This document shows, in pieces, positions 50,860-63,579 of a stretch of DNA of 64,000 nucleotides. Source of the stretch: Rhynchobatus australiae (taxonomy: Eukaryota). Under the pieces are notes generated by a model that saw only the letters and a program-made list of their open reading frames with translations, made no database searches and was not told the DNA's origin. A program made the position numbers and the translations under genes. How positions within the stretch are numbered: position 1 is the first letter of the stretch; the number at the start of each line of letters is the position of its first letter. The stretch is from NCBI GenBank assembly GCA_034780895.1, contig JAUZTB010000107.1, positions 63,590,435 through 63,654,434 of the forward strand, written 5' to 3'.

Positions 50860-51630
50860 GGGCTAGGTGCTGCAAGTAACGAGGAAAGCCAATAGAATAT
50901 CAGTGTTTATTGTCAGGGGATCCGATTGCAAAAGTAGAAAGATTATGCTTCAGTTACATAAGACATTGGGGAGACCATACTATGTACAATACTGGTCTCC
51001 TTCATGTAAGGAAGGATGTAAATATGATGGATACAGTTCAAAGGTTTCTTACACTGCTACTTGGAATGGGCAGGATTGTCTTCTGAAGAAAAGTTGGACA
51101 GGCTCAGCTTTGTATCTGCTGGAGTTTAGGAGAATGAGAGGGGAACTTGATTGAAACATGTTAGATTTGAGGGATGTGAACAGGGAGGATCGGAGACGCA
51201 AGGCACTGCAGGTGCTGAAATCTAGAGCAAAAAAACAAACTGCTGAAGGAACTGATGCAGGGTGACAGCCCAAAATGTCAACTATCTCCTTACCTCCACA
51301 GATGCTGCTTGACCCACAGTTTGTCTTTTTGAACAGGGAGGGTATTTCTATTGTGGGAGAATCTGGAACTCAGGCCTGTAGTTTTAAACAATCGTTTTAG
51401 ACCAAGGCAAGAAAGAGAATTTGAGAAAAGCAATGTGCTTATGATCTGGAACTTACTGCTTGTAGAAATGCTGGAAACAGAATCAATCAGGGCCACCAAG
51501 AAGAAATTGGATAGGAACATGCAAAAACAGTGAGGAAAGAACAGGCAATGGAACTGACTGTGTAACTTACAGAGCTGGTATTGGCTCAATAAGAAAAATG
51601 ACCAGCTGCTGTATTGTAACAATTCTGTGA
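50860..51630 (+). mobile_element. Old CR1 3' part with a PLE-terminus insertion (51189-51329, 12-bp TSD)
   Basis: RKANRISVFIVRG...MLQLHKTLGRP.YVQYWSP; exact TSD tgaacagggagg at 51177-51188 and 51330-51341. Confidence 0.85.
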
Positions 51631-52560
51631 TTTCAATTTCATCACATGGTAATCCTCACCTTGCAAAATACCCNNNNNNNNNNACTCTGTCAAAGAATTT
51701 GCAAAGTGCAGAAACTATGCAAAATACCCTGTAGAAAGGCATCTCTTCTCAAGAACAGGCCAGCAACCTATGTGACAAGTTGGTACAGAAAGATAGGAGT
51801 GCTCTGCTTGCACAATCTACCAGTTAGCTTAAGCTGGGGGGGTGTGTGTCAATTTGGTTGGCTCTCACGGTTATCTCCATGCAGTGAACAATAGCTAATC
51901 TGCAGCAACAGGAAAAAGGTTCTGTGGAGGATCTTCACTGTGCAGTTCTGTTGCTCACATCAGGGCTGAGACCTTGATTGCTCATTAGAGAGGACTGTCA
52001 GCTCATTGACATGTTTTCATTCACAGTACAGGTCCATACATTTCCATTCCCAGGCAAGATTCTATACTAAGACTGACCATCCTCAGCCCTCTGAAGTAGA
52101 AATGAGACGGTCCCTATTATTTATTCCCCATCCTGCCCCTTTGTGGGAACCTTTCTGGTCTTTCTTAGAAAATGTTGCTTTCTAGGAGTTCAAGTAGGAA
52201 GTTAAGTTGAAGTGAGATTGATCTTTTGTAAGTACTGAAGGACTCAACAGCAACTCTTTCTATTTATCTTTAATGTGGCAAGATACCTCACAGGAATCTT
52301 ATCAAACAAAGCAATGAGCAATTTAAATGTGGTCAACCGTGTTTCCCTTTGAGGGGGAGGTGATTATCTTTTCTATTTTACTGCCTTGTAAGAGGATATG
52401 AACTTGAGATGCCTCAGAGCTCTTTTCAGTGGATTAAGTCTTTGGAAGTGAAGACTCTAGTGGAACGTGGGAACAGTGGCAGCCAAATTTGTGCCTAACC
52501 AAGGCCTCAAACTAGGGGTCTGTTTTGGTATAAATTTAAAACCTAACCGACACCAGTCTC

Positions 52561-52870
52561 CATAGAACCATAGCACAATACAGGCCCTTCAGCCCACCAT
52601 GTAGTGCCAACCTTTAAACCACGCCTAAGACTATCTAACCCCCCCATCTTAAATTCCTCCATATGCTTATCTAACAATCTCTTGAACTTGACCAATGTAT
52701 CTGCCTCCACCACTACCCCAGGCAGCGCATTCCATGCACCAACCACTCTCTGGGTGAAAAACCCCCCTCTGACATCTCCCCTGAACTTCCTACCCATTAC
52801 CTTAAAGCCATGCCCTCTTGTATTGAGCATTGGTGCCCTGGGAAAGAGGCGCTGGCTGTCTACTCTGTCT
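52561..52870 (-). mobile_element. Young 5'-truncated HER1/CR1 LINE
   Basis: [54 protein letters not shown]; tail catagaaccatag. Confidence 0.95.
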
Positions 52871-54825
52871 ATTCAGAGATAAACATAGATACTCCATTAA
52901 AATGAAACCAGCAGCATTTAGGGTTTTATACAACATGCAGATTTAGCCATGATTGTTTCTTTGTTTTCTTTTGTTGTTGTCAGCATTGTTCATGGAGTTG
53001 GTATGAGATTCTACAACAAATGAAGATGTAAAAATTACATATGCTCTCAGTGTTATCAAATCCATTTCATCAATAATCAGAATGTAGTTTTTACTACAAA
53101 AGACTGAACAGGATGTTCCAGCTTTCCATCCGTAAACTGGTCTTAACACTTATTTGCTTCTTATTTACTGCTACCTATTACATGTTCATGCTCAGCTGCC
53201 AACAGAATGTCAGGGTATTATTTATCTGTTACCACCACTGGTTCACAAATAAGTTTACAAAGCCTGGTTTTCTTTTGAAAATTTCAGTTTGAACCTGATT
53301 TTAACATTGGATGTATCTGATATATAAACAAGATAATGAACAGGAGCAGTGATTTACTGACATAAATCACCTGGGGAAATCATTTCCTCTCTACCAGTCT
53401 TCACAAAACAAACAGAGAAAAGTTAAAAAATGAGTATAATCTTAGAAGAAAGCGTTACTAATTTACTCTTCCATATTCACTTCTGCAATGACTTTTGTTT
53501 CCATTTCTAAATTAATGAACATGTGAAAAGATGGAGCTAAAATTTGATTTTTGCATCTTTTGTTCAGATTATTAATGCTGAACTTAAGATACAATCTGTA
53601 GAAACAGAGTCAAATTGAAAAGTGATTTCATAACTTTACAGGCCAGGTTCTGAAGTAATGATAAGTGAATGGAGTTGAGTGATATGCACGGCAGAGTACG
53701 GACCAGGTTGTGCTGGACTTGCTGTGCACCATCTAGACCGACCCATCTGATGCAGAAGGCCAAATGAGCTGACCCTGTCGTATTTGGGAGGCATCCCATG
53801 AGGTGGAGCAGGCTTTGAGCACTCAGTAGGCCTCATGTCATATTGAGGAAGCCCCTTCCTAAGGATTCCCTGAGAAGATCTGAACTATTATTAAACATTT
53901 GACAGTTAGAGACATTTTTAAGTTCAATGAAAAACACCTGAAAATACTAACAACTAAATCCATAAAAATAAATGAAGTAATTCATGCACTTACCTACAAC
54001 TTTTCCTCAGGATCATCAACCCCATTCAATTAAGATCACCATCCATTCTCTAGTCATCCCTGGCAATAAAATATCCAGAGTCTCCCCTCAGTACATCAGC
54101 ACAATGGTGAATCCATTGGTGGAGCTGGAAGTCAAGTGTGCTGGCAGTTCATCTTGTACTTCTGCATTTGGTTGAAAATGGACAGATGTCCAAGACTTGT
54201 CAAGGTTGTAACAGCCAACTGTTCCTTAAAGAGCTGCTGTTGGTCAGTCAGCTTGGTTCAGCCCAACACAACCAGCAGACAATGACAAACCTCTTAAGGA
54301 AGGCAAGCTTAGAGTGTGAGGCATTAGGGATAAAGGTTCAGCACTGAATAGGAATCACCTTTACTCTGATAGAAATTGGCTCTCTCATTCAGGGTTGGTA
54401 TGGGATCCCTTTATGGTTTTTCCAGGTCAAAGGATGACTCCTGGGCCTGGAAAGAGCACATGGCCAGAATTTCACAGTCAGTGAAGATAAATGCCCATTC
54501 CCAGCTACTTGCAAAAAGAAACTAGAAACTTATCTTGCAGGCTCACAGCAATGCTCTCAGCAAGGATCAAGAACCTCAAGGGCAATCTCACACAATGAGG
54601 TTTAAGCCACACCCACAATAACAAGCACTGCCCTTGACAACTAATCTTGCTCATCACAGCCCCTGCCCACAACAACCTCACATCAGCAGTTAGCTGTTCA
54701 ATGTCTGTCACTGACAGCTGACAAGCTTAATGGCAAGACCAAACAGACTGTCAAACACTTACATTTAATCACTGGGTCTTACTGCAGGTGGAGAGGGGGG
54801 TGGGGGAGGGGAAAGAAAGGGAGAT

Positions 54826-55018
54826 AAGATATCTTTATTAGTCACATGTACATCGAAACACACAGTGAAACGCATCATTTTGCATAGAGTGTTCTGGGGG
54901 CAGCCCACAAGTGTCGCCACACTTCCAGCGCCAACATAGCATGCCCACAACTTCCTAACCTGGACGTCTTTTGGAAAGTGGGAGGAAACCAGAGCACTCG
55001 GAAGAAGCCCACACAGGT
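54826..55018 (-). mobile_element. V-SINE fragment with a non-HER1 3' tail
   Basis: V-domain remnant gtgggaggaaaccagagcactcggaagaagcccac joined to a tail ending (minus strand) ttcactgtgtgtttcgatgtacatgtgactaataaagatatc. Confidence 0.65.
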
Positions 55019-55020
55019 GG

Positions 55021-55288
55021 TTGGGAAGAGGGAAAGTGGAAAGTGGGGGGCAGTGAGAGGTGGAAAGAAGAGGGGAGAAGAGTGAGGTGGATGGAGAGGG
55101 AAAATGAACAGGGAATGGAGAAAGACGGGATAGGGAAAAAGATGGAAGGGAGAAAGGGATGGGGAAGGGAGAGGTCTGTGGAAGGGGCAGAGGGAGAGAA
55201 AGAAAGAGAAAAGAGAAAGAAAGAGGAGAGAGAGAGAGAGAGAGAGCAGTGGAGAGGGAGAGGGAGAGGGAGAGGGAGAGGGAGAGGA
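55021..55288. repeat. Polypurine low-complexity tract with (GA)n and (GAGAGG)n
   Basis: Directly visible. Confidence 0.9.
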
Positions 55289-56672
55289 ATATATTGCCAG
55301 CTGTCTTGCGATACACTGAAATAGGAAATTGGCCGGTCCACACATTGTCAGGACTGAACTCCCATTTTCCTGTACAATTTTCCTGACATGGAAAACCAAC
55401 ACAAAGGTCAAATCCCAGGCTGGTCTCCAGCAGAATAATTTTGGAATTAAGTAAAGTGCACCACTTAGTCCAAAAGGCAAGACACCTAGTGAAGTGAAGG
55501 TCAGCAGTGCTGATGCCTTTTTATCCTTCAAAGGCATACCCCTTGTTCCAAAAAGATTGCACTATATAGTGAATTAATGTTATCTAAGAACAGTCAACTA
55601 TGCAGCAAATTCTCCCTCTCTTTCTTCCATCATGACATGTATAATGTAATTTGGATAACCCTGCAATTTTCACTTCTACTCCCTTACTTATTACATTCTT
55701 GCTAACATTTCCATGTGTCAGTAGTAATTTTTGCATCCACTTCTAACTACTAGTTTTCTTCAGAGAGATATATATATATATCTCCAGATAATCTGCAGCA
55801 ATATTCATGCCTTATCATTGTACTTTTAAAAATTGTGTAACTTTTCCAAATCTCTCACAATTTCCTCCCAAATAGTTGACACCTTATTGATTGATTCTGT
55901 GAGTCACCACAATACCGTTGTCTCCTCTTCAACACCAGGTCATTTTCCTCTCCACCAGGAGTGGACTTGCAGCATGCACAAGAAAGTTCAGAGTCTGTTC
56001 AACAAATTGATTCACATTTTGTTGAATCTTTTCTCCCCTGGATGCTCATTAACTGAACATATTCAAGCCGGAGATGTTTGAACAATAAGGAAATTATGGC
56101 ATATGCCAATTGTGCACGCAGATGTAATACAGGTGGATGGTCACTCATCATCTTAAGAGAGGAGGTTCAAGGACTATATGTTCCTCCTAAAGTTTCTTAA
56201 ATTGCAAACACTTCAGCTGGAAATAAATTTTTGAACACTTCTTCTAGCTAAGTGACTCACTGCATGCTTCAGAACCATACAAGATCATTATACCAGTTGG
56301 GCCATAATTGATAGCTAAGCTATAATTTTTCCAGACAGCATGGCATCCTAAGGAATAGGACATTTCAGAGTTATAATTTCTCCAAACAGAATTGCATTCT
56401 AAGGAGTAACACATTTCAAAATATGCTCACCTGTGATAAAAAGTGGAATATTAAAACGAGGGTGAAAGCTAGCAAAATTGGCAGAGAGTTGGAAAGTTGG
56501 CTCCAACCCAGTGACTTCTGCATTCAACAACAGCACACTAAGCATACGCGAGCAATCTTCTTGGGAGTGCTGNNNNNNNNNNNNNNNNNNNNNNNNNNNN
56601 NNNNNNNNNNNNNNNNNNNNNNNNNNNNNNNNNNNNNNNNNNNNNNNNNNNNNNNNNNNNNNNNNNNNNNNN

Positions 56673-57190
56673 AAAAACCTTCCTCTGATATCTCCCTTGA
56701 ACTTCCCACCCATTACTTTAAAGCCATGCCCTTTTGTATTGAGCATTGGTGCCCTGGGAAAGAGGCATTAGCTGTCCACTCTATCTATTCCTCTTAATAT
56801 TTTGTATACCTCTGTCATGTCTCCCCTCATCCTCCTCCTCTCCAAAGAGTAAAGCCCTAGATCCCTTCGTCTTAAACCATACTCTCCAATCCAGGCAGCA
56901 TCCTGGTAAATCTTGTCTGTACCCTTTCCAACGCTTCCACATCCTTCCTATAATGAGGCGACCAGAACTGGACACAGTACTCCAAGAGTGGTCTAACCAG
57001 AGTTTTGTAGAGCTGAATCATTACCTTGCAGCTCTTAAACTGGATCCCACGACTTATGAAAGCTAACCTCCCATAAAGCAACTTTCAGTGATCTGTGGAT
57101 ATGAACGTCCAAATCCCTCTGGTCCTCCACACTCCCCAGAATCTTGCCGTTAACCTTGTACTCCGCCTTGGAGTTTGTCCTTCCAAACCG
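56673..57190 (-). mobile_element. HER1/CR1 LINE fragment
   Basis: LAFISRGIQFKSCKVMIQLYKTLVRPLLEYCVQFWSPHYRKDVEALERVQTRFTRMLPGLE. Confidence 0.95.
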
Positions 57191-57394
57191 TGGGCTATTT
57201 CAGACCTAACCCAAGCCCGATTACCTTCCCATATCCTACCTAGCACAAAACAACACAACCAGAGGCATTTGCAGAAATATTGAGGAGACTGGCTGCACAA
57301 ATGTTGTAAATGATCAAATCGCTCCGACCTGGGTCAAGTATGGAGTCGGGCAGGTGTGGCCTAGCCCAGCCCAGTCCAATCCAAGTTGGAGTAT

Positions 57395-57935
57395 GGCTGC
57401 ACTTCGAGGATTGTGTTCAGTTTTGGTCATCCTGCTATAGGAATGATGATATTAAACAGGAAAGAGTGAGAAAAGGTTTACAAGGATGTTGCCTGGACTT
57501 GAGGGACTCAGATATAGGGAGAGGTTGGACAGGCTAAGACTTTATTCCTTGGAGCGTCGGAGACTAAGAGGCGATGCTATAGAGGTGTGTAAAATCATAA
57601 GGGGCATAGATAGGGTGAATGCACTCAGTCTTTTTCCCAGGGTTGGGGAATCAAGAGGGCACAGGTTTAAGGTGAGAGAGGAGAGATTTAATAGGAACTT
57701 GAGGGGCAATCTTCTTACACAAAGGATGGTATCCATGTGGAATGAGCTGCCAGAGGAAGTGGTTGAGGCAGGTACAATAACAACTTCTAAAAGACCGTTG
57801 GACAGGTACACGGATTGGAAAGGTTCAGGAGGTTGTGGACCAAATGCTGGCATGTGGGACTAGCTTAGATGGGCATCTTGGTTGGCATGTACCAGATGGG
57901 CCGAAAGTCCTGATTCCGTGCTGTATGACTCCTAT
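57395..57935 (+). mobile_element. HER1/CR1 LINE 3' portion
   Basis: MLPGLEGLRYRERLDRLRLYSLERRRLRGD...GHRFKVREERFNRNLRGN...WNELPEEVVEAGT plus tail. Confidence 0.95.
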
Positions 57936-58059
57936 AAGTGTTTTATCAGGTGACATACCAAACGCATGCTGTGCTTAACACATGGAGTTCAGCCCCGTTG
58001 GTCTTGACCACAGACAACAATTTCTTAATAATCTCATGGTCCTTTTCTTTTGATGGTAC

Positions 58060-58290
58060 ATGGAATAAATGTTGGTCAATACATTGGGAGAATCCTCTCC
58101 CTTCACCCTTGGGAGAATTCTCTTCTTTCACCCAGGGTCTTCAATATCCCCTTGAAGACAGATGGGGCCTCAGTTTAAACTCTCATCCAGAAGGTAAGTG
58201 CAGCACTCCATCAGTTCAAATTGCTTGTGCTCGTCTCTGAATTGTCAATTTGAGCCAATGATATTCTGCTTCAGAGACCAAAGTAATGGT
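58060..58290 (-). mobile_element. DeuSINE fragment, decayed
   Basis: ataaatgttggtcaatacattgggagaa...cagatggggcctcagtttaa...ctcatcc...gcagcactccatcagt. Confidence 0.6.
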
Positions 58291-61200
58291 AACAGAGTCA
58301 CAGTTCCTGCAGCAGAGTCATCTGACTCATTATCGAGTGAATCCTTTCGATCTGTTGAGTTGCAGCTCCCTTCACAGCTTCCCTGTGCCTTGCCAGTGGC
58401 TGTGCGAGGATTCAGCACCCATCTGATGCTTGCACCCGAGGGTTCCAGCAAGCCTGACTCCATCCTGCTGAATGTGACTGAGTATTGCTCCGGCACTTAT
58501 CCAGTTGATAAATCTGTTTGCTGTCCTTTGCAGTGAACAAGAGAAGCTATTTGGTTACATACAGATTTCCAACTATCCGATGCAATCTTTAAAATAAGCA
58601 CCCAACTCTCTGCAGACTGCCTGGTTCATTAATATGGATCTTCCAATGTGCTGACAAACTCAGTGGAATCAGTTTGTTGGATCTTCTGTGTAGGCTGTAT
58701 ATCTTGACAAAGAATGAGTACTTTTGCATTTGCCTGTGTATCAGAGACCCTTGGGGAGCCTCAAGACAATCCAGTCCAAAGCCTGATGTTGTACGTGTGA
58801 ACTTAATATTATGCACTGTAACTTGTCAAAGCTCTGAAACTGACCTGAGACCAACAGGATCAGATTACACATCCCAGAGAGTGTTGGTTATCACTTGGTG
58901 TCTCAGTACCTGTGTTGATAGCTGTGCAGGTTTGTACCTTCTACCACATTGTGTAGCTGAGGGAAGTGAATGTGAACATTATAGACCTATCGATTAAACA
59001 AGCCACACAGTTCATTTGACACACCCTGAACAGAGTCCATATTCAGTCCCCAAATGTACTCAGTGAGCTGGTCTCAACAGCGAACCCCTTGGTCCTTGTG
59101 GACCTGAGAGAAGAATGATTCCTGAGCCTGATTGCAAAAATTTCCTCTTAAAAATGTATTAGTATGAATGAGTACTTGCTGATCGAATGCAGACTCGATG
59201 AGCTGAAGGGTTTGTTACCAAAGTGTATGACTCTATGACCTCCAAATGCATTTTGTCACTTGCCTTCAGGGCTCAAAAGGGCTAATGCCTCTCGGGGAAA
59301 ACGCATTTGGAAGGCACCTGGTATTCCAGATAAGCATACTGCAAGGACAAGTATATTCTAGCTGGTATCCTTGGCAACCATACAGTCATGGAGTCAAATC
59401 CCCGAGGGCATGATAGGTGAAAAATTGTTGAGGGAAACTCAGTTACCTGGGTGAACCAATGCTATTTTTGTTTCCTGTTTGTATTTGAGTGAGTCTGGGG
59501 CAAAACATAATTTGTGTCCCTCTCAGCAAAAGCAGAAGCCTGCACCTTGGGTGCAGGCAGCTGCAGTTATTGTGTGAGGCTTTCTGCAACCCAGTAGCAG
59601 GTTTTCAAAAACTCTGGTGCAGCAAAGAGAGAAATACTCCCACAAATCTGTTTTGATGACTTGTTTCAGTTTTTGTCAGCTGAGGTACAACCCAAAAATA
59701 TCACAGCTGCCTCATGGGAGCAAGCAAAGTAGGCACAATTATTGAGAATTCAAACATGTGCCTTCTTGTTGCAGCCTTCATTCACAGGGGACTGCACCAT
59801 TCATGAGCTTCCATCAAATTAATCAGCAAGGCAACATGGATTGAACTGCCTGACTTGACACCTGGGCCCATGTTACACTACAGGAAATGAGCCAGCAACC
59901 CGCAGAGTGCTTTAATACTTTTGCAAAGGAATTAGAAGTGAAGTGTGTTTTAATTAACAGCAAGTTAACAAAGACAATAAAGAGGCAGATGGTTTGTGTG
60001 CTGATGCTGCTGCAGATTTCAACCATTGTTGAAGGATGCATTAATCCTCTTTGTCCACAGAGGTGCCTCTGGATTCTCTGGCAAGCCTGAGAGCTGCTTC
60101 CTTGCCCCAGTTTACTGCAAAATATGCTGTACTGTGCATGCAGCACCACACTTGCCGGTTTTGCATTCAGTTGGGGCAAGTCAGTCAGTCAGTGAAAATT
60201 AAACTCACAAAGGTGGATTATTAATTTCAATCAAACTTAATAAGCCGTCTTTGCAAATACATTTTTCCGTTGGTTCCCTGCTTTAGTAAAGCAGTTGCTG
60301 GCAGTGCTCAAGGTGGCTTCACAGTCCCTGAAGTGGCGAAACAATGGAAGTTCTCAGAGCAGGTGTGCGTGAAAACTGTGAGAGGGGAGTGACTGATCAC
60401 AGTTGAGATATGCCCATGCTTAAACAGAGTGTGGGTATTCAGCACTAAGCCTCAGGCTTCAAGAATGGCCAAGTGAGGCACCAGCATCCACAAAGCACCA
60501 TCTCCCTCCAGGCAGGAGTCATTGATTTTAGGGAGCAACAGCTAAAGAGAAAAATGTAAGTGGGAAGAGAAGAAAAGCATATGGTCTTCAGCAAACAGTG
60601 CAACAGATTAATTACTTTGTTAAGGAAACATTGATCTGATGTTGTTAACCCGTAAACCATCCTGAAAATCATAAAGCTCCAATGATCAGCAAAACTACTC
60701 ACTGCAATGAGCTATATCCTGACTTTGAAAAAGGCAAGGTAAGAGGATATCTACAAAGTCCGTTGAAAGCATATTTGGGTCAGCTGGTAGGATGGATTTC
60801 CTCACTGAAGAACTCAGAATTCTGGCATAATTTATCATGCCAAGTGAAAATATTGGGGCTATTCAAGTACNNNNNNNNNNNNNNNNNNNNNNNNNNNNNN
60901 NNNNNNNNNNNNNNNNNNNNNNNNNNNNNNNNNNNNNNNNNNNNNNNNNNNNNNNNNNNNNNNNNNNNNNNNNNNNNNNNNNNNNNNNNNNNNNNNNNNN
61001 NNNNNNNNNNNNNNNNNNNNNNNNNNNNNNNNNNNNNNNNNNNNNNNNNNNNNNNNNNNNNNNNNNNNNNNNNNNNNNNNNNNNNNNNNNNNNNNNNNNN
61101 NNNNNNNNNNNNNNNNNNNNNNNNNNNNNNNNNNNNNNNNNNNNNNNNNNNNNNNNNNNNNNNNNNNNNNNNNNNNNNNNNNNNNNNNNNNNNNNNNNNN

Positions 61201-61359
61201 NNNNNNNNNNNNNNNNNNNNNNNNNNNNNNNNNNNNNNNNNNNNNNNNNNNNNNNNNNNNNNNNNNNNNNNNNNNNNNNNNNNNNNNNNNNNNNNNNNNN
61301 NNNNNNNNNNNNNNNNNNNNNNNNNNNNNNNNNNNNNNNNNNNNNNNNNNNNNNNNNNN

Positions 61360-61530
61360 ACACTTTACTCTGTACTGTTACTGTTTTTACCTGTACTACC
61401 TCAATGCACTCTGTACTAACTCAATGTAACTGCACTATGTAATGAATTGACCTGTATGATCAGTATGCAAGACAAGTTTTTCACTATACCTCGGTACAAG
61501 TGACAATAATAAACCAACACGAATACCAAT
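61360..61530 (+). mobile_element. LINE 3' UTR (Rex/L2-type)
   Basis: cctgtactacctcaatgcact...tgcaagacaagtttttcact...gtgacaataataaacc. Confidence 0.7.
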
Positions 61531-61641
61531 AAATTCACCTGGACTATTGTTGACACTTCCCTTCCTTTTCTGGATATCTCTTCCTCCATCTCAGGAGACA
61601 AACTATCCATGGATATCTACTATAAACCTACGGACCCCCAA
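61531..61641 (+). mobile_element. Penelope-like reverse transcriptase fragment
   Basis: Translates KFTWTIVDTSLPFLDISSSISGDKLSMDIYYKPTDPQ, the PLE RT LPFLD...YxKPT motif; not shown in the ORF track. Confidence 0.85.
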
Positions 61642-63579
61642 AAGCTGGTTAAGAACGCCTCCTCTGCCCCTCTCATATCTTGCCCCATCGTGGGTTGTGA
61701 ATTCAGATTGCTGAATACTTTTCTTACCAACATAAGTGAACTGGTTTTACTCTCCTTAGAGTAGATTAGTGCTGACAGTAGAGTTGGTGTCTTTTCCCAC
61801 AGTGCTTTGTGGAGATCTGACAGTTAGCCACATGACGACGAGCATCAGCTGCCTTACTTTTTACCATTGAACTGAAGGGGCTGAAAGAAATAATTCTTGC
61901 GAGAGGAAAAATGTCAGCGTCATCAGATTCTTAAAAGATTGTTAAAAGTGGACTTGGAATTGGCAAGTGCAAAATGCCAATAGTTATTCTCACTGTGATA
62001 ATTTTGCATAAGATTATTTTCCATGAATTATATCACCCATTCACGTTTTTTTTCGTATCATTGCACACTTCTGTTTGGGGTGAACGATGCAATAATTTGT
62101 CAGCAGATTAATTGAATTCAACACGATTGCTTATTTCATGGCTGTAATTGTTAGCTAATGGATGCTTCCACAGATATTATTAAAGTCACTCCTTAAAAAG
62201 AGATGTTATTTTGTTGACTGAAGTTTCCTGTCAATAAAATGAAATCAATTCCAATGCTTACATAAATATAATGATAACAATTTTTTAATAACAGTTACAC
62301 ATAAACAATGTTTTTGTAAATTTTACTTAACACATTGAGTTCTGATGTATTCTGAAGAATAAAGACTAACACCTCTCGTTATGTATTGTTCTACTCCTGT
62401 GCATATTCATGCTTTCAAAGGATCACTTTATACTATTAATGAATTTCGTTTGTTATAAGAAAGACTCCCGCAACTGTGTAATCAAATTTATACAAGCCAA
62501 TAGTGGGGTTGGTCTTTTATGGCTGAAGGGCTTTGTGTACTTGTAGGGACAGGGAGCACATGCTGCATGCACTCCTTCACCAGCTCAAACTTCTCTGTTA
62601 GATGGTTCTCTGTTGTTCCTCCTCATTTGGCCTGCCTGGAGCATGGTTCAACCCTTGTGCTTGCTAATGTAGAGGAAGAAATGCTGTCACTCTTGTCATA
62701 AGTGAAACTCTTTTACAATGAAAATGTTGAAAGAGCTTGTCTAAAAGTGCTTAACAAAAGAATCCAACAAGGTGATGACACTTTTTAAAACGGGTCATCG
62801 TTATTACTTTCTCTTTTAACTCCAGCCCTCCCTTACCACGTCTACTGCTCTGTGTCCTCCAAATCTGCAGAAAGATTTAGTTTTGTGTTAACACTGATGA
62901 GGTGTGCTGTTGAATCTGGCAAAGTCTGTAGTGAGACAATGGAAAACAAAGGATGTTGAGGTTTTGCCAAGTGTAGATTATTAGTTCCAGTTATTGACTC
63001 GCCTGTGAACAAATGTCACTTGCTTCAGTTATTTAAAGCTTCAACAACTACTTCCCCTGTGCTGCAAGAATCTGTATTCATTTGTTTATACATCTTTTCC
63101 CTAATAACTGCAAATGTCCTGCAGGAGAGCTCTTTGATTTTCCTGAATCAGTATAAAAGTTTACTCAGTATTATCACTGTTCACTAAGCAGCAAGGGTGT
63201 TTTTTTTTGCTATCTAGGAAATATCATATTTAAACATAATCTTTGCAAAGTGATTCACTGTACATTGATGTATCTCACATCTGAGCCAGAGGGTCCTGCT
63301 TCAAGCCCTGTTCTAAGACTTGGCCGCACAGTCTGAACAGACATTCCTGTTCAAACCCTGAAACAAAATGCTTCATTTTGTGCTGCCCAGAAAGTGCTGA
63401 CCAGACACAGAGGACGCAGTCTTGCATGCACCATTGCTACAGAACACTTGGGGTTGGCAATGGACACTGCATTTCTACAAGCAAAGGCTAGACATTGAAA
63501 GTGATTTTTGTGGATGTGAGAAATCTGCGAGACTATTCTTGAAGAGTGTGTTCAATATTCTACTCTCAACCAATCTCAG

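Noticed and set aside
54765-55537. ORFs of 117-220 aa rich in S/L/P or E/R/G
   Set aside because: Translations of a polypurine low-complexity tract and a SINE fragment
58245-58536. Overlapping ORFs on both strands with coding-like composition
   Set aside because: No recognisable protein similarity and no matched splice acceptor/donor pair; partly overlaps a SINE
60682-60744. Strong donor AAG|GTAAGA after MISKTTHCNELYPDFEKGK
   Set aside because: No upstream acceptor or promoter evidence; isolated donors are expected by chance
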